Below are positions 9,006 to 17,994 of a DNA stretch of 64,000 nt, one piece after another. Both the position numbers and the translations under genes were made by a program. Positions within the stretch are counted from its first letter, which is position 1. Every line of letters begins with the position of its first letter. This DNA comes from a virus (taxonomy: Duplodnaviria > Heunggongvirae > Uroviricota > Caudoviricetes). The stretch is taken from the IMG/VR virus record IMGVR_UViG_2932604667_000002, positions 17,261 through 81,260 of that record; one strand, 5' to 3'. Under the pieces are notes generated by a model. It searched no databases. It was given only the letters and a program-made list of their open reading frames with translations, and was not told the DNA's origin.

Positions 9006-9230
9006 TCACGGGGTTTTGATGCGGTACTGCTCACGGGGGCGGTGGAAGCGGAGTCGTCCGCGGCCGGTGACGACCGCGGAGAAGGTGTCGCCGTCGTCCC
9101 TCAAGAGCTGGGCGGTGCGGTGCATGACCCGGTCGTTCATCCACGAGTCCACGATGGTGACGCGGGTGCCATGGACGGCGCTGGTGTCATAGGGCTCGGG
9201 CGCGTCTCCGGGCGCCTGGGCGGCGGTCAT
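9006..9230 (-). CDS. hypothetical protein (74 aa)
   Basis: AGGAGA SD; ATGA overlap. Confidence 0.5.
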   Translation of the reverse strand: MTAAQAPGDAPEPYDTSAVHGTRVTIVDSWMNDRVMHRTAQLLRDDGDTFSAVVTGRGRLRFHRPREQYRIKTP

Positions 9231-9529
9231 GGGTTCTCCTGCCGGTAGAAGAAGACGCGGCCGGCGTACGTGACTTCGCTGCTGGTGTTGAGCTGGGCGC
9301 GGGCGGCGCCGTAGTCCTTGCACGGGCCGCACTGGTCCTGCTCGGCGACGTCGCGGGGCGGCTGCTTGTGCGGGAAGGCTCCGCAGGAGCAGATCCGCAG
9401 GGCGTGGTGGAAGCTCTCCAGTTCGCGAACGAGGAGCTGCACGCAGCGGTCGGGGTCGGCGGCTCGCAGCACCGGGTGGGGCTGCTGTCCGGGGCGATGT
9501 GAGCCCCAGCGCCATCCGCGGGCGGTCAC
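9227..9529 (-). CDS. Cys-containing protein (100 aa)
   Basis: GTGA-overlap start; CSCG...CGPC. Confidence 0.45.
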   Translation of the reverse strand: MTARGWRWGSHRPGQQPHPVLRAADPDRCVQLLVRELESFHHALRICSCGAFPHKQPPRDVAEQDQCGPCKDYGAARAQLNTSSEVTYAGRVFFYRQENP

Positions 9530-9978
9530 GGGATGTTCGGCCGGACGAAGGCGCGGCCGCGGTTGTAGTGCGGGATCGGGTCCCGCCCGGTCGGGACCAT
9601 GACGAGGTGGTCCGGCGAGACCTCGTTGCCGGTCGGGTCGTAGTACGTCGTCTCGTGCGGGCACGTCGGCGGCACGTGGACCACCTTGCCGCCGGACTCA
9701 GTGGAGTAGCAGTTGCAGAGGTCGACCTGATGGGTGTAGCCGGTCTGGGCGAGTTCCGCGGTGGTCAGGTTGCTGACCTCGCGCTCGGTGGCGGGCTCGA
9801 CGTTGTAGCACTCGGCCTGCTCGACGTGGTTGAAGGCGTCGTGGAGCTGGTTCAGGCAGGTGACGAAGCGGTTCTGCCACTCGTCGGGCATGGACTGGAG
9901 CAGGGTGCGGGGGAGTACCAGGTAGTTGGAGTAGGAGATGCCGAACCAGGCGTGGACGGCGTCGCGTTCGTGGGACAT
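9526..9978 (-). CDS. hypothetical protein (150 aa)
   Basis: ATG 9978 with AAGGAA SD. Confidence 0.55.
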   Translation of the reverse strand: MSHERDAVHAWFGISYSNYLVLPRTLLQSMPDEWQNRFVTCLNQLHDAFNHVEQAECYNVEPATEREVSNLTTAELAQTGYTHQVDLCNCYSTESGGKVVHVPPTCPHETTYYDPTGNEVSPDHLVMVPTGRDPIPHYNRGRAFVRPNIP

Positions 9979-10046
9979 CGTTTCGTTCCTTCCAGTGAGG
10001 TGATGCGCTGCCCTGTGTCGTGGGCTGGGCGCGGTGTAGAGGGGCG

Positions 10047-10081
10047 GGGCGTCCCGCCGCGCCGGGCAGGCGGGACGCCGA
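10047..10081 (-). terminator. GC-rich hairpin
   Basis: GGCGTCCCGCC...GGCGGGACGCC after 10099 gene stop. Confidence 0.45.
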
Positions 10082-10098
10082 AGGGTGGACGCCGCTGG

Positions 10099-10401
10099 TC
10101 AGTTCACGATGTCGTCGTCGCAGACGGCGTCGGCGACGATGCCCGCCAGCCCGTCCTCGTCGCCGGCCTGGGTGAACGCGTGCGCGATGATGCCGCGGAC
10201 GTCCTGCTCGGTGAATCCCTCGATGTTGCTGATGACGAGGTACTCGGCGATCGTGCGGGCGAGGAACCCGGGGACGATCGCGCGCAGCGGGTGTCCTTTC
10301 GGCCACTTCTGGTAGGCGGAGCGGATCCGGTCGGTCGTGGCTTCGAGGGCGACGGCGGTTTCGTCCGCCGTCGGGGTCGAGGAGCTGGGATAGGTGTACA
10401 T
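10099..10401 (-). CDS. hypothetical acidic protein (100 aa)
   Basis: ATG 10401 with GGAGAAG SD. Confidence 0.55.
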   Translation of the reverse strand: MYTYPSSSTPTADETAVALEATTDRIRSAYQKWPKGHPLRAIVPGFLARTIAEYLVISNIEGFTEQDVRGIIAHAFTQAGDEDGLAGIVADAVCDDDIVN

Positions 10402-10502
10402 ATCGGCTTCTCCGGTTGCTAGTGATGTTCCGCCTGCCGGAGGTCGGCGAGGCGGGGATGTGCGTCGTGGCACGTCCCAGGGGACGGCGTGGGCGGGCCA
10501 GG

Positions 10503-11012
10503 TCAGCGGGCGAGGCGGGCCATCCGGACGCGCAGAGTCGGATGGCCAGACAGCACCCAGCCGCCCCACCGGATCCAGCGCGGATCAGGTGGGGCGGCGG
10601 CGAGCGCCGCGATCGACAGGCCGGGGCCGTCCATGCCGGCAGCGTCCAGCGCGTCGGCAGCGACCTGGTCAGCGTCGAGTTCCTGTGCCCGGTGGATTGC
10701 CTGGCCAGTTAGGTACGCCGTAGCGGCACTGGCGGCCAGGAGGAGCCCGGCGAGCAGGCTGGCGGTGAAGGCGGCGACGACCGCCGCGCCGAGCGCCACC
10801 ATGGCCGCTTCCCGGAACCTGCTCGCGGTGTGGTCAGTAGTGTGGCCGAGCTCGTGATGGGCGAGCTCGTGCGCGACGACCGCGCGGCGTTCGCCAGGGT
10901 CACTCAGGTCGCCGCCGATGATGACGACAGGCATGCGCCCCTGGTGGCCGTGGTAGGTGTAGGCGTCCCTGCCGATCTCGGGGTCGGTGGCGAGAACGTG
11001 CGCCGTGTCCAT
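10503..11012 (-). CDS. putative membrane-associated Zn-metallopeptidase (HExxH)
   Basis: AVVAHELAHHELGH followed by hydrophobic segments; AGGAG SD. Confidence 0.45.
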   Translation of the reverse strand: MDTAHVLATDPEIGRDAYTYHGHQGRMPVVIIGGDLSDPGERRAVVAHELAHHELGHTTDHTASRFREAAMVALGAAVVAAFTASLLAGLLLAASAATAYLTGQAIHRAQELDADQVAADALDAAGMDGPGLSIAALAAAPPDPRWIRWGGWVLSGHPTLRVRMARLAR

Positions 11013-11062
11013 GGTGGCTCCTGTCTGAAGGGGCAGTGCCCCCGCCTGCGGTGGGGGTGTGG

Positions 11063-11374
11063 TCAGGCCGACGGGCGGGGAAGGAAGCTGCACCCGTTCG
11101 CGTGCGTCTGGGCCTCGTTCTTCGCCTCACGCTGGTCGCGGTAGCCCTTGCCGATGTAGTAGGACTCGTCGGCCTTACCGACCTCGTTGCAGCCGAGGCA
11201 GCGCCAGTTGAAGCCATCGACCTCGCGTCGCTCTCCTCCGAGCCACTTACCGTGAGCGTCGTACCCGGTCTTGAACGTGGTTTCGTACACGTCCACGGTC
11301 GTGGCGCCGGCAGTGATGCATCGGGCGACAACGCCCTCGGGCCAGGGTTCGGTCTCGTTCCTCTTGTTGAACAC
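11063..11374 (-). CDS. zinc-ribbon protein (103 aa, GTG)
   Basis: GGAGAC SD; CLGC plus further Cys. Confidence 0.45.
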   Translation of the reverse strand: MFNKRNETEPWPEGVVARCITAGATTVDVYETTFKTGYDAHGKWLGGERREVDGFNWRCLGCNEVGKADESYYIGKGYRDQREAKNEAQTHANGCSFLPRPSA

Positions 11375-11395
11375 GGTGGTCTCCGTTCGTGTGAG

Positions 11396-11429
11396 GTGTC
11401 CCGCCCGCAGGGAAGGGCGGGCGGGACAC
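11396..11429 (-). terminator. GC-rich hairpin
   Basis: GTGTCCCGCCCGC-AGGGAA-GGGCGGGCGGGACAC. Confidence 0.45.
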
Positions 11430-11508
11430 CGGGGTGGCGGGCCGGTCGGCCCCGGGGTGTTGGTCAGGTGGCGTTGGCCGTGGTGGGCCGGTCGCCGGCG
11501 CGGGTCGT

Positions 11509-11766
11509 TCAGCGGGTCGCGTACTTCGCGAGAACCTCGCGGCGGTACGTGCCGTACAGCGACTTCTCTTCGTCGGTCAGCGCGTCGAGTGCGGTGAACA
11601 GCTCCGTCTGAGCCCGCTTGGCGTTGTCGTGCATCTGCTGCTTCCGCCACAGCGGGACGCCGGCACCCTGGCAGGCGACCCCGGCCTTCTCCGACTTGGC
11701 GACGAACTCAAGGTCGAGCAGGTGCTCGAACGTCGTGATCTGGTCAGTGGTGGCCGTGGTCTGCAT
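11509..11766 (-). CDS. hypothetical protein (85 aa)
   Basis: first gene after cassette 11788; AAGGAGG SD. Confidence 0.6.
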   Translation of the reverse strand: MQTTATTDQITTFEHLLDLEFVAKSEKAGVACQGAGVPLWRKQQMHDNAKRAQTELFTALDALTDEEKSLYGTYRREVLAKYATR

Positions 11767-11787
11767 GGGTGCCTCCTTGGAGGTGGT

Positions 11788-11855
11788 GGTCGGGTCGCTC
11801 TCCCAACGCCTCTGATAGTACCGGTATTTAGCTGAGATGGCACCCCCTCCGATGA
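11788..11855 (-). promoter_or_regulatory. promoter/leader-hairpin cassette
   Basis: canonical hairpin; core GTACCGGTATTTAG. Confidence 0.6.
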
Positions 11856-11862
11856 TCGGCCA

Positions 11863-12273
11863 TCAGGACTTCCTTTCTCTGCTGGGGTCTGAGATGGAGG
11901 GGTCGGGGACGATCTCCCACCAGGCGTGCGGCGGGATGGCCATGGCGGTCCGGCCGAGGACGATCACGTCGCCGACTCGCGGGGCACGTAGCCCACGCGC
12001 GCGGTAGTCGAGGCCGATCGCGCGAGCGGGGTGGTCGTGGTCCCATCCGGCCGAGGTGTCGTAGCCGCCGGTCGGCGCCCGGAACTCGCGGCGGTCGGGG
12101 TTCTCGAGCAGCCGGTACAGGAAGGCGTGCCCCTGCGGGTCGCGGGCGGGCAGCTCAGCCTCGCCCTCGAATACCAGGGTCAGGCGGGTATAGCCGGGGA
12201 CGTAGCGGCCGGACGGGTTGTGCCAGACGGTGAAGCGACGGATGGTGCAGGGCCGGTCCAGGTCGCTGAGCAT
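11863..12273 (-). CDS. hypothetical protein (136 aa)
   Basis: ATG 5 nt after upstream stop. Confidence 0.45.
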   Translation of the reverse strand: MLSDLDRPCTIRRFTVWHNPSGRYVPGYTRLTLVFEGEAELPARDPQGHAFLYRLLENPDRREFRAPTGGYDTSAGWDHDHPARAIGLDYRARGLRAPRVGDVIVLGRTAMAIPPHAWWEIVPDPSISDPSRERKS

Positions 12274-12278
12274 GGGGA

Positions 12279-12527
12279 TCACACTGCTTTCGGGGTTGCG
12301 CCGGGGGCGACGTCGTAGGTGGAGCCGTCGTCGTAGTGCTCGACCCAGCCGTACGCCCCGTTGGCGTCGGGCAGGTGGCGGACTCGCCGGGTCAGGACGC
12401 GGCCGCACGTGGTGCAGCGGATGTGTGTCCTGGCGAACTGCTCCCAGGTGTCGGTGGCCGGGCAGAAGACCTCAGCGACCTTGATGGGTCGGCAACGGTT
12501 CTGATAGCGGGTTCGTCGGGCGGTCAT
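12279..12527 (-). CDS. zinc-ribbon protein (82 aa)
   Basis: first gene after cassette 12544; GAGGAG SD. Confidence 0.55.
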   Translation of the reverse strand: MTARRTRYQNRCRPIKVAEVFCPATDTWEQFARTHIRCTTCGRVLTRRVRHLPDANGAYGWVEHYDDGSTYDVAPGATPKAV

Positions 12528-12543
12528 CGTGACTCCTCGGGCT

Positions 12544-12600
12544 GGTCGGGTCGCTCTCCCAACACCTCTCAACGTACCGGTATCTAAGTCCTGTGGCAAC
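12544..12600 (-). promoter_or_regulatory. promoter/leader-hairpin cassette
   Basis: core GTACCGGTATCTAA; TGGCAAC. Confidence 0.65.
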
Positions 12601-12669
12601 GGCGACAGGCTGGGACGATGGAGGCCCACCAGGCATGACCTGGTGGGCCTCCGGTCCGCGTGCGCGCGG

Positions 12670-13092
12670 TCAGATGGTGATGGCGTCGGCGCCGTGCTGC
12701 TCGCCGTTGCAGGAGCACTCGCAGTTGGGGCCGGTCGCGCCGCGGCAGCGGCCGTCGCAGACCTTCTCCAGGTTGAACGTCGCCTGCAGGGTCTCCCACT
12801 TGAGCAGTCGTCGGTGGGTGGGGCAGCGGGGGCGGTCGTCGGGGGCGCCGGCGGGCCAGTCGATCTGGTCGAGCATGAACCAGTGCCAGTGCCACCATCC
12901 GGCGTCGGGGAACGCGGGGTGCTTGATGAGCGGACGCTGGTAGGTGCCGATGACGCTCTTACGGGCGTCGAGGATGTTCTCGGTGACGGCGGGGGCGTCG
13001 GTGACGTGGCGGTGGCGGCAGCCCTTGACGGGGCAGCGGCCGAAGATGCGGACGGTGGCCATGTCGTCGCGGATGCCGTAGCGGGGGTCCAT
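12670..13092 (-). CDS. Cys-rich protein (140 aa)
   Basis: CDGRCRG...CECSCNGEQHG cluster. Confidence 0.5.
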   Translation of the reverse strand: MDPRYGIRDDMATVRIFGRCPVKGCRHRHVTDAPAVTENILDARKSVIGTYQRPLIKHPAFPDAGWWHWHWFMLDQIDWPAGAPDDRPRCPTHRRLLKWETLQATFNLEKVCDGRCRGATGPNCECSCNGEQHGADAITI

Positions 13093-13097
13093 CGCGG

Positions 13098-13409
13098 TCA
13101 GATGCTTTCCAGGCGGGCGTGGGTGATGGCGGTGGGGTAGTGCGGGGGCCGGGCGGGGTAGGTCCACACGTCGGCGTCCTGGGCCTCGGCGGTCCATCCC
13201 TGCTGCATGTTCTCGTGGATGAACCAGCCGGTGACGTACTCGACGAACTCGGCGGCGGCCTCGGGGGTGCGGAAGACAGCGCCGGAGGCGGGGGCGCCGT
13301 AGGTGCCCTGGGTGGCCTCCTCGACGGTGTCGAAGACGCGGACGCCGTGGCGCGCGCCGAGCAGGGCGCCGTTGTGGAGCGGGACGTACAGGGTGGTCTT
13401 GGTGGCCAT
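13098..13409 (-). CDS. hypothetical protein (103 aa)
   Basis: first gene after cassette 13427; GAGGAGA SD. Confidence 0.55.
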   Translation of the reverse strand: MATKTTLYVPLHNGALLGARHGVRVFDTVEEATQGTYGAPASGAVFRTPEAAAEFVEYVTGWFIHENMQQGWTAEAQDADVWTYPARPPHYPTAITHARLESI

Positions 13410-13426
13410 CGTGTTTCTCCTCGGGT

Positions 13427-13484
13427 GGTCGGGTCGCTCTCCCAACACCTTCGAAGGTACCGGTATTTAAGTGGTGTGGCAATG
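13427..13484 (-). promoter_or_regulatory. promoter/leader-hairpin cassette
   Basis: core GTACCGGTATTTAA; TGGCAAT. Confidence 0.65.
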
Positions 13485-13513
13485 CGGCGCCCCGGGTGTC
13501 GAGACGATGAAAG

Positions 13514-13543
13514 GGGCGGCCAGGTGCTCGCCCTGGCCGCCCC
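13514..13543 (-). terminator. GC-rich hairpin (paralog of 13975)
   Basis: GGGGCGGCCAGG-N7-CCTGGCCGCCCC. Confidence 0.45.
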
Positions 13544-13557
13544 GCCGCTACTGCTGG

Positions 13558-13851
13558 TCAGGCGGGAGCGATCGGCGTGAACTCCAGGGTGCCGCCGTCG
13601 CGCTGGTAGGCATCCCACCGTTCCTGCCACTCGTTCACGAGGGGCTCGATGTCGGCGCCTGCGGCCTTGAGGATGCTCATCCTGTCCTGGAGGAGGCGCC
13701 GATCATCATGGCCCTGGTCGGGCAGGTTCTCGATGGTCCGCTGCCAGTGCCTCGCGATCATGCTCTTGGCCTGGCTGTGGATTCCGGTGATGGTCTGCAC
13801 GGCCCGCTGCGGGTCAATTGGCAGCGGGGGCGCGGGGATGGGGGTCGTCAA
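13558..13851 (-). CDS. hypothetical protein (97 aa, TTG start)
   Basis: TTG with AAGGAA SD; no cassette, lower-GC upstream region. Confidence 0.4.
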   Translation of the reverse strand: MTTPIPAPPLPIDPQRAVQTITGIHSQAKSMIARHWQRTIENLPDQGHDDRRLLQDRMSILKAAGADIEPLVNEWQERWDAYQRDGGTLEFTPIAPA

Positions 13852-13974
13852 TGCCGTGTTCCTTACTATCCGAACACGAGACCGATTTGATCTCTGTGTC
13901 CAGTGTGGGGCACACGCGCTCGCCGTTTATAACGCCCAGCTCAGTGGCCCTGATGCGTGGCCTGAGACGACGAC

Positions 13975-14004
13975 GGGGCGGCCAGGTGACAGCCTGGCCG
14001 CCCC
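13975..14004 (-). terminator. GC-rich hairpin (paralog of 13514)
   Basis: GGGGCGGCCAGG-TGACAG-CCTGGCCGCCCC. Confidence 0.45.
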
Positions 14005-14018
14005 GTCACTGCCGTTGG

Positions 14019-14180
14019 TCAGGCGGGCACGATCTGGAGGAAGATGTCCTCTCCGTTGTTGAGCTCGACGCCGATGACGACGTCGGTGGGGTGCTCTACG
14101 GCGCCGGCGGAGGCGACGCCGTCCATGTCCTGGACGACGTCCAGGAGCTTGTCACGGAACTCCTTGAGCTGGTCGTTCAC
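14019..14180 (-). CDS. small protein (53 aa, GTG)
   Basis: GGAGAC SD; C-terminus and downstream terminator paralogous to those of 13558 gene. Confidence 0.4.
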   Translation of the reverse strand: MNDQLKEFRDKLLDVVQDMDGVASAGAVEHPTDVVIGVELNNGEDIFLQIVPA

Positions 14181-14620
14181 TGTGCGGTCTCCGTTCTGTG
14201 TGGGTCGAGGTCGAGCGTGGGAGGGGTCTGGTTGTCGCGGCGGCCGCGGATGTAGGACATGACCTTGCTGCGCCGTCCGGTGCGGGTCACCTCGCCCAGC
14301 AGGCCCTGCACGGAAGGGTCGGCGCCGAGCACGGCAGTCTCCTCCACGACGAGACGCAGAGTCGACAGCTCCTCCCTCGGGATGCCGGCGTCGAGCAGCT
14401 TCTGGCGCTCCTCCATGAACCGAAGGGCGTCGCGGAGCATCTCCGCGATCCCCTCGGGCGTGGTAGCGGACCGGTCGACCTTCGCGAGCTCCGCCACAGG
14501 GGTGTTGCTGGTGGTCGCCCACCAGATGACATTGACGGGGCTGTGCTTGCCCGAGCTGGCCTCACCGACCTTCAGAGGGCCGGTGAGGACGAAGTGGGCG
14601 CCATGCGCCGGGGTGGTCAT
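14177..14620 (-). CDS. hypothetical protein (147 aa)
   Basis: AGGAGG SD. Confidence 0.5.
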   Translation of the reverse strand: MTTPAHGAHFVLTGPLKVGEASSGKHSPVNVIWWATTSNTPVAELAKVDRSATTPEGIAEMLRDALRFMEERQKLLDAGIPREELSTLRLVVEETAVLGADPSVQGLLGEVTRTGRRSKVMSYIRGRRDNQTPPTLDLDPHRTETAQ

Positions 14621-15153
14621 CTGACCTCCTGTCTCGGTCGGGGGAGTCGCAGAGCCGCGATCCGGGTGTAGTAGGCGTTCCTGTCGACGTCGAAGTAGCT
14701 GACGTCGTCGCTCCGGCCGGTGCTGCTGCACGCCGGGCATTCGACGAGGTTCCCCGCCATCGGCTGGCCGCCGTCACGCTCGGCCTGCTCGGGGACGAGG
14801 CCGGTTCCCTCGCAGTCCGGGCACGCGCCCGCCCTGTCGAGGTGGTCACGGGCGGCGAGGTCCTGTTCGGGGCGCCGGCCGCAACTGCAGATCAGCCGCG
14901 AGTCCGCGGGCCGGTCGGGGTTGACCAGGGACATGCGGTGCAGCACGCCGGGCCTGAACACGGCGAGGGTCTTCTCCGGCCGCGTGGGGCTATCCACGTC
15001 GACTTCGAGCAGGGTCGCTGTGCCGTCATTGCGGCTGATCATGCCAGCGAGTACCTCAGCGTCGCCCAGGAGCGCGAACGGCTGCCGGGTCTGGTCCTGG
15101 CCCGGGTACTGGTAGGCCACCCGGTACGGAAGGCGTGAGCCCTTCTTCGGCAT
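14617..15153 (-). CDS. zinc-binding protein (178 aa)
   Basis: CSCG, CPDCEG, CPACS pairs; ATGA overlap. Confidence 0.55.
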   Translation of the reverse strand: MPKKGSRLPYRVAYQYPGQDQTRQPFALLGDAEVLAGMISRNDGTATLLEVDVDSPTRPEKTLAVFRPGVLHRMSLVNPDRPADSRLICSCGRRPEQDLAARDHLDRAGACPDCEGTGLVPEQAERDGGQPMAGNLVECPACSSTGRSDDVSYFDVDRNAYYTRIAALRLPRPRQEVR

Positions 15154-15166
15154 GGCGTCCTCCCGT

Positions 15167-15589
15167 TCAGCCGGTGGTGTGGATGGCGCCGGCCTCGACG
15201 AGGCGGCGGTGGACCTCGCGGCCCTCGGCCTCGGTGTAGTCGCCGTCGGCGGGGGAGCCGATGGTGCGGCCCATCATCTGCGGCCACACCTTGACGGTCT
15301 TCGGGGACGCCTCCACGTCGATGAAGTAGACGCCGTACGGGTACCACTCGCGGGTGCCCGGGTGTCCGGCGTAGTCGATGGATTCGGTGGAGGTCGCCTG
15401 GATGGCCTTGACGGTCTCCTCGACGAGCCAGGCCGTGGCCTCGTCGCCGGTGAGGTCGGCGGGGACCTCCAGGACGACCTGACGCTCCTCCTGGCGCCAG
15501 CGGCCGTCGAAGAGGCCGTCGAGGACGTCGCCGATCTCGCCGCCTTCTCCCTCGGACCATTGCTCGGTGATGTGGATGATTCGCTTCAT
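15167..15589 (-). CDS. hypothetical protein (140 aa); same family as 16094..16453
   Basis: AGAGGAAG SD; shared C-terminal EAEGREVHRRL-type motif. Confidence 0.5.
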   Translation of the reverse strand: MKRIIHITEQWSEGEGGEIGDVLDGLFDGRWRQEERQVVLEVPADLTGDEATAWLVEETVKAIQATSTESIDYAGHPGTREWYPYGVYFIDVEASPKTVKVWPQMMGRTIGSPADGDYTEAEGREVHRRLVEAGAIHTTG

Positions 15590-15612
15590 GCGCTTCCTCT
15601 TTCTGGGGTGGG

Positions 15613-16071
15613 TCAGCCAGCGGTGCCGGCGTAGGGGCGCCGGACATACGAAGTGCGGGAACGGCCGAGGTGCACGGCCTTGTCCGCGAGCTGCGCGCAG
15701 GCCGGGTAGGTGGCCCGCAGGTGGCTGTAGGCGTCGGCCAGGGCGTCGGAGACCCCGTTGCCGACGTAGGTGGGGTCGCGGTGCGTGAACGCGTTGTGGT
15801 AGGCCCAGGCGCCGGCGCGGCAGTTGGGGCAGTGCTCGGGGATGACGGGCCGGGGCATGTCGTGGACGCAGGACCATAGGACGGTCTTGCCGCTGCAGCT
15901 GACGTCCAGGGACAAGATGATGGCGCCGTCGTCGGTGTACAGGCTCACCGTGGTGCCGCATCGGGAGCACTGGTCGTAGTGCTGGTAGCGGACGCCGACG
16001 AGGGACGCGGTGTGGTTGGTGAACAGGACGTCGGGGACGGGGGCGGTTGCGAAGTTGCCGAGGTCGGCCAC
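15613..16071 (-). CDS. Cys-rich protein (152 aa, GTG)
   Basis: CSRCG and further Cys. Confidence 0.45.
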   Translation of the reverse strand: MADLGNFATAPVPDVLFTNHTASLVGVRYQHYDQCSRCGTTVSLYTDDGAIILSLDVSCSGKTVLWSCVHDMPRPVIPEHCPNCRAGAWAYHNAFTHRDPTYVGNGVSDALADAYSHLRATYPACAQLADKAVHLGRSRTSYVRRPYAGTAG

Positions 16072-16093
16072 GGGGTGGGTCCCTTCATTCGGG

Positions 16094-16453
16094 TCAGCGG
16101 CGACCGAACAGGCGGCGGTGGATCTCGCGGCTCTCGGCCTCGCTGAACCCCTTCAGGTGGAGGGTCTTCTCCTCGCGGTCGCCGGAGTACGGGTTGGTGT
16201 AGGTCTCGGCGCTGTACCAGCCGTTGGGCTGCCAGTCCGGGTGGCTGGAGTACTCGTTGTCGCAGCCCGCGCGCTCGATCTGGTCGGCGGCGGCTTCGGC
16301 GACTTCCTTGACGGTGGCCGCGGGGCCGAGTTCGTCCAGCTCGATCTTGGTCTCCCACACGCTCTTGGTGGCGGGATTCCAGTCACCGTCCTCGGTGACC
16401 CGGCCGGACGTCGTGAAGATCTGCAGGGTGCGGCAGGTCGTGGACGTGGTCAC
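16094..16453 (-). CDS. hypothetical protein (119 aa, GTG)
   Basis: first gene after cassette 16473; AAGGAGG SD. Confidence 0.55.
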   Translation of the reverse strand: MTTSTTCRTLQIFTTSGRVTEDGDWNPATKSVWETKIELDELGPAATVKEVAEAAADQIERAGCDNEYSSHPDWQPNGWYSAETYTNPYSGDREEKTLHLKGFSEAESREIHRRLFGRR

Positions 16454-16472
16454 GATGAACCTCCTTCGGGGT

Positions 16473-16528
16473 GTCGGGTCGCTCTCCCAACACCTTCGAT
16501 AGTACGGGTATTTAACTACCGTGGCAAT
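16473..16528 (-). promoter_or_regulatory. promoter/leader-hairpin cassette
   Basis: core GTACGGGTATTTAA; TGGCAAT. Confidence 0.65.
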
Positions 16529-16796
16529 CAGCGTCGCCGCCTTCCAGCTCGGCCACGCGACGCGCCAGACGATCAGCCCGGACGATGTTGACCTGGGCAG
16601 ACGTCATGAGACCCCAGCAGATGGCCACCAGGCCGAACACGACCGCCTCCAGCTCTGCGCCGACCGCCCCGACACTGAGCACCACCAGGCCAACCAGAGT
16701 CAGCACCTGGGCCGCGAACTCCACACGCGCCATCGCCGGCGTACGGCCGCTCCGCGCCAGGAACGCCTCCCACCTGGCCCGCAGGTCACTCTCCAT
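16512..16796 (-). CDS. membrane protein (94 aa, 2 TM)
   Basis: GGGGAGA SD; stop codon lies inside the -35 of cassette 16473. Confidence 0.5.
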   Translation of the reverse strand: MESDLRARWEAFLARSGRTPAMARVEFAAQVLTLVGLVVLSVGAVGAELEAVVFGLVAICWGLMTSAQVNIVRADRLARRVAELEGGDADCHGS

Positions 16797-17352
16797 CGAC
16801 GATCTCCCCTTCCACGATGTTCTCCAGCGCGCCGCTCGCGCCCAGGTACTCGGCATGCAGTCTCGCGGCCAGGTCCGCGATCGTCGCGCCGTGCTCGACT
16901 TGGATCGGCCCGCCGCCGGGGCCGGACACCTCGATCGGCTGCCGGCGGCCCCACCGGTCGTGAAACCGCCTGGCGAGGAGTTCCAGGCCGACGCGCCCGT
17001 CCGCGGGTGCGATCTGTTCCTCGGTCTCTACGGTGCCGTCCGGCCTGGTCCGGGTAACCCGCTTGACGACGTAGCCGCCGATCGCTGCCTTCATCACCGA
17101 CCCGGCGACGACCCGCACCTCGACCTCGTCACGCGCGCGGTAGAGATCCTGGCGAAACTGGCGTTTCCATGCGGGGGCTCCGGAGGCTTCGGCTTCTCGG
17201 AGCCAGCGGTAGAGGGTGGATTCGTCGATACCAGCGGCTCCGGCGGCGCCTTCGAAGGTGGCGCCCGCTCGTACGGCCGCGACGATCCGTTCGTGGACGT
17301 CGGCCGTGAGCTTCGTGCGCCGTCCATGGCGCTGTGCCGGTGGGGCTGTCAT
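16786..17352 (-). CDS. helix-turn-helix DNA-binding protein (188 aa)
   Basis: HTH GATFEGAAGAAGIDESTLYRWL (transposase/terminase-small-subunit-like N-domain); no SD; CGCGACCTTAAC motif about 30 nt upstream. Confidence 0.45.
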   Translation of the reverse strand: MTAPPAQRHGRRTKLTADVHERIVAAVRAGATFEGAAGAAGIDESTLYRWLREAEASGAPAWKRQFRQDLYRARDEVEVRVVAGSVMKAAIGGYVVKRVTRTRPDGTVETEEQIAPADGRVGLELLARRFHDRWGRRQPIEVSGPGGGPIQVEHGATIADLAARLHAEYLGASGALENIVEGEIVDGE

Positions 17353-17379
17353 AGCCCGGTAAAGGTAGGTGGCCCGGAC

Positions 17380-17396
17380 CGTTAAGGTCGCGGGCC
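17380..17396 (-). promoter_or_regulatory. second motif class TTAAGGTCGCG (CGCGACCTTAA on coding strand)
   Basis: one of four copies (17380, 29383, 30972, 53205), upstream of SD-less genes. Confidence 0.35.
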
Positions 17397-17416
17397 ACCG
17401 TTGGAACTGGGAGGGC

Positions 17417-17755
17417 TCAGCCGATCGGGCGGAGGGCGGTCGGGTAGCGGTCACCGCCCTTGCAGGGGCCGGACGCGGCCGGGTGGACGGGGATCATCAT
17501 CTTCTCGTTGAGGGCCATGTCGTGGTTGCAGCCGCTGCAGGTGCCGTACCGGGCGAGGCGCTGCCAGGGCTCGTCGGGGCTGTAGCGGAAGACGACGTGC
17601 GCGTCTTTGGGGATGTCGCACCCTTCCTGCCAGGTGCGGCGGACGCCGGCCCAGTTGTCGACGGCCTGGGCGTTCGTCGGGTCAATCTTGTTGGGGTTGT
17701 AGTCGATCACGTCGCGAGCGGCCTCGTCGGTGAAGCGGACGGCGTACTCGGTCAT
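17417..17755 (-). CDS. hypothetical protein (112 aa)
   Basis: AAGGAGAG SD. Confidence 0.55.
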   Translation of the reverse strand: MTEYAVRFTDEAARDVIDYNPNKIDPTNAQAVDNWAGVRRTWQEGCDIPKDAHVVFRYSPDEPWQRLARYGTCSGCNHDMALNEKMMIPVHPAASGPCKGGDRYPTALRPIG

Positions 17756-17994
17756 TGGCTCTCCTTGTCGGTGGTGGGGGAGGGGGGAGTGGCGGCTGGG
17801 ATGTTGGCTTCCAGCAGTTTGTCGATCCGGTCTGGGATGTGGGCGGGGTCGATGTCCTTGCGCCGGTCGACCAGGCCGCCGGCGGCGTTGAGCAGGTCCA
17901 CGCGCCAGAGGTGGCCGTCCATTGGGTGCAGTTCGATTCGGTAGCCGAGCCGGGCGGCCCTGGCCATGAGGTTGCCGGTCGCCTGCTCAGCCAT
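17752..17994 (-). CDS. hypothetical protein (80 aa)
   Basis: AAGGAG SD. Confidence 0.5.
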   Translation of the reverse strand: MAEQATGNLMARAARLGYRIELHPMDGHLWRVDLLNAAGGLVDRRKDIDPAHIPDRIDKLLEANIPAATPPSPTTDKESQ

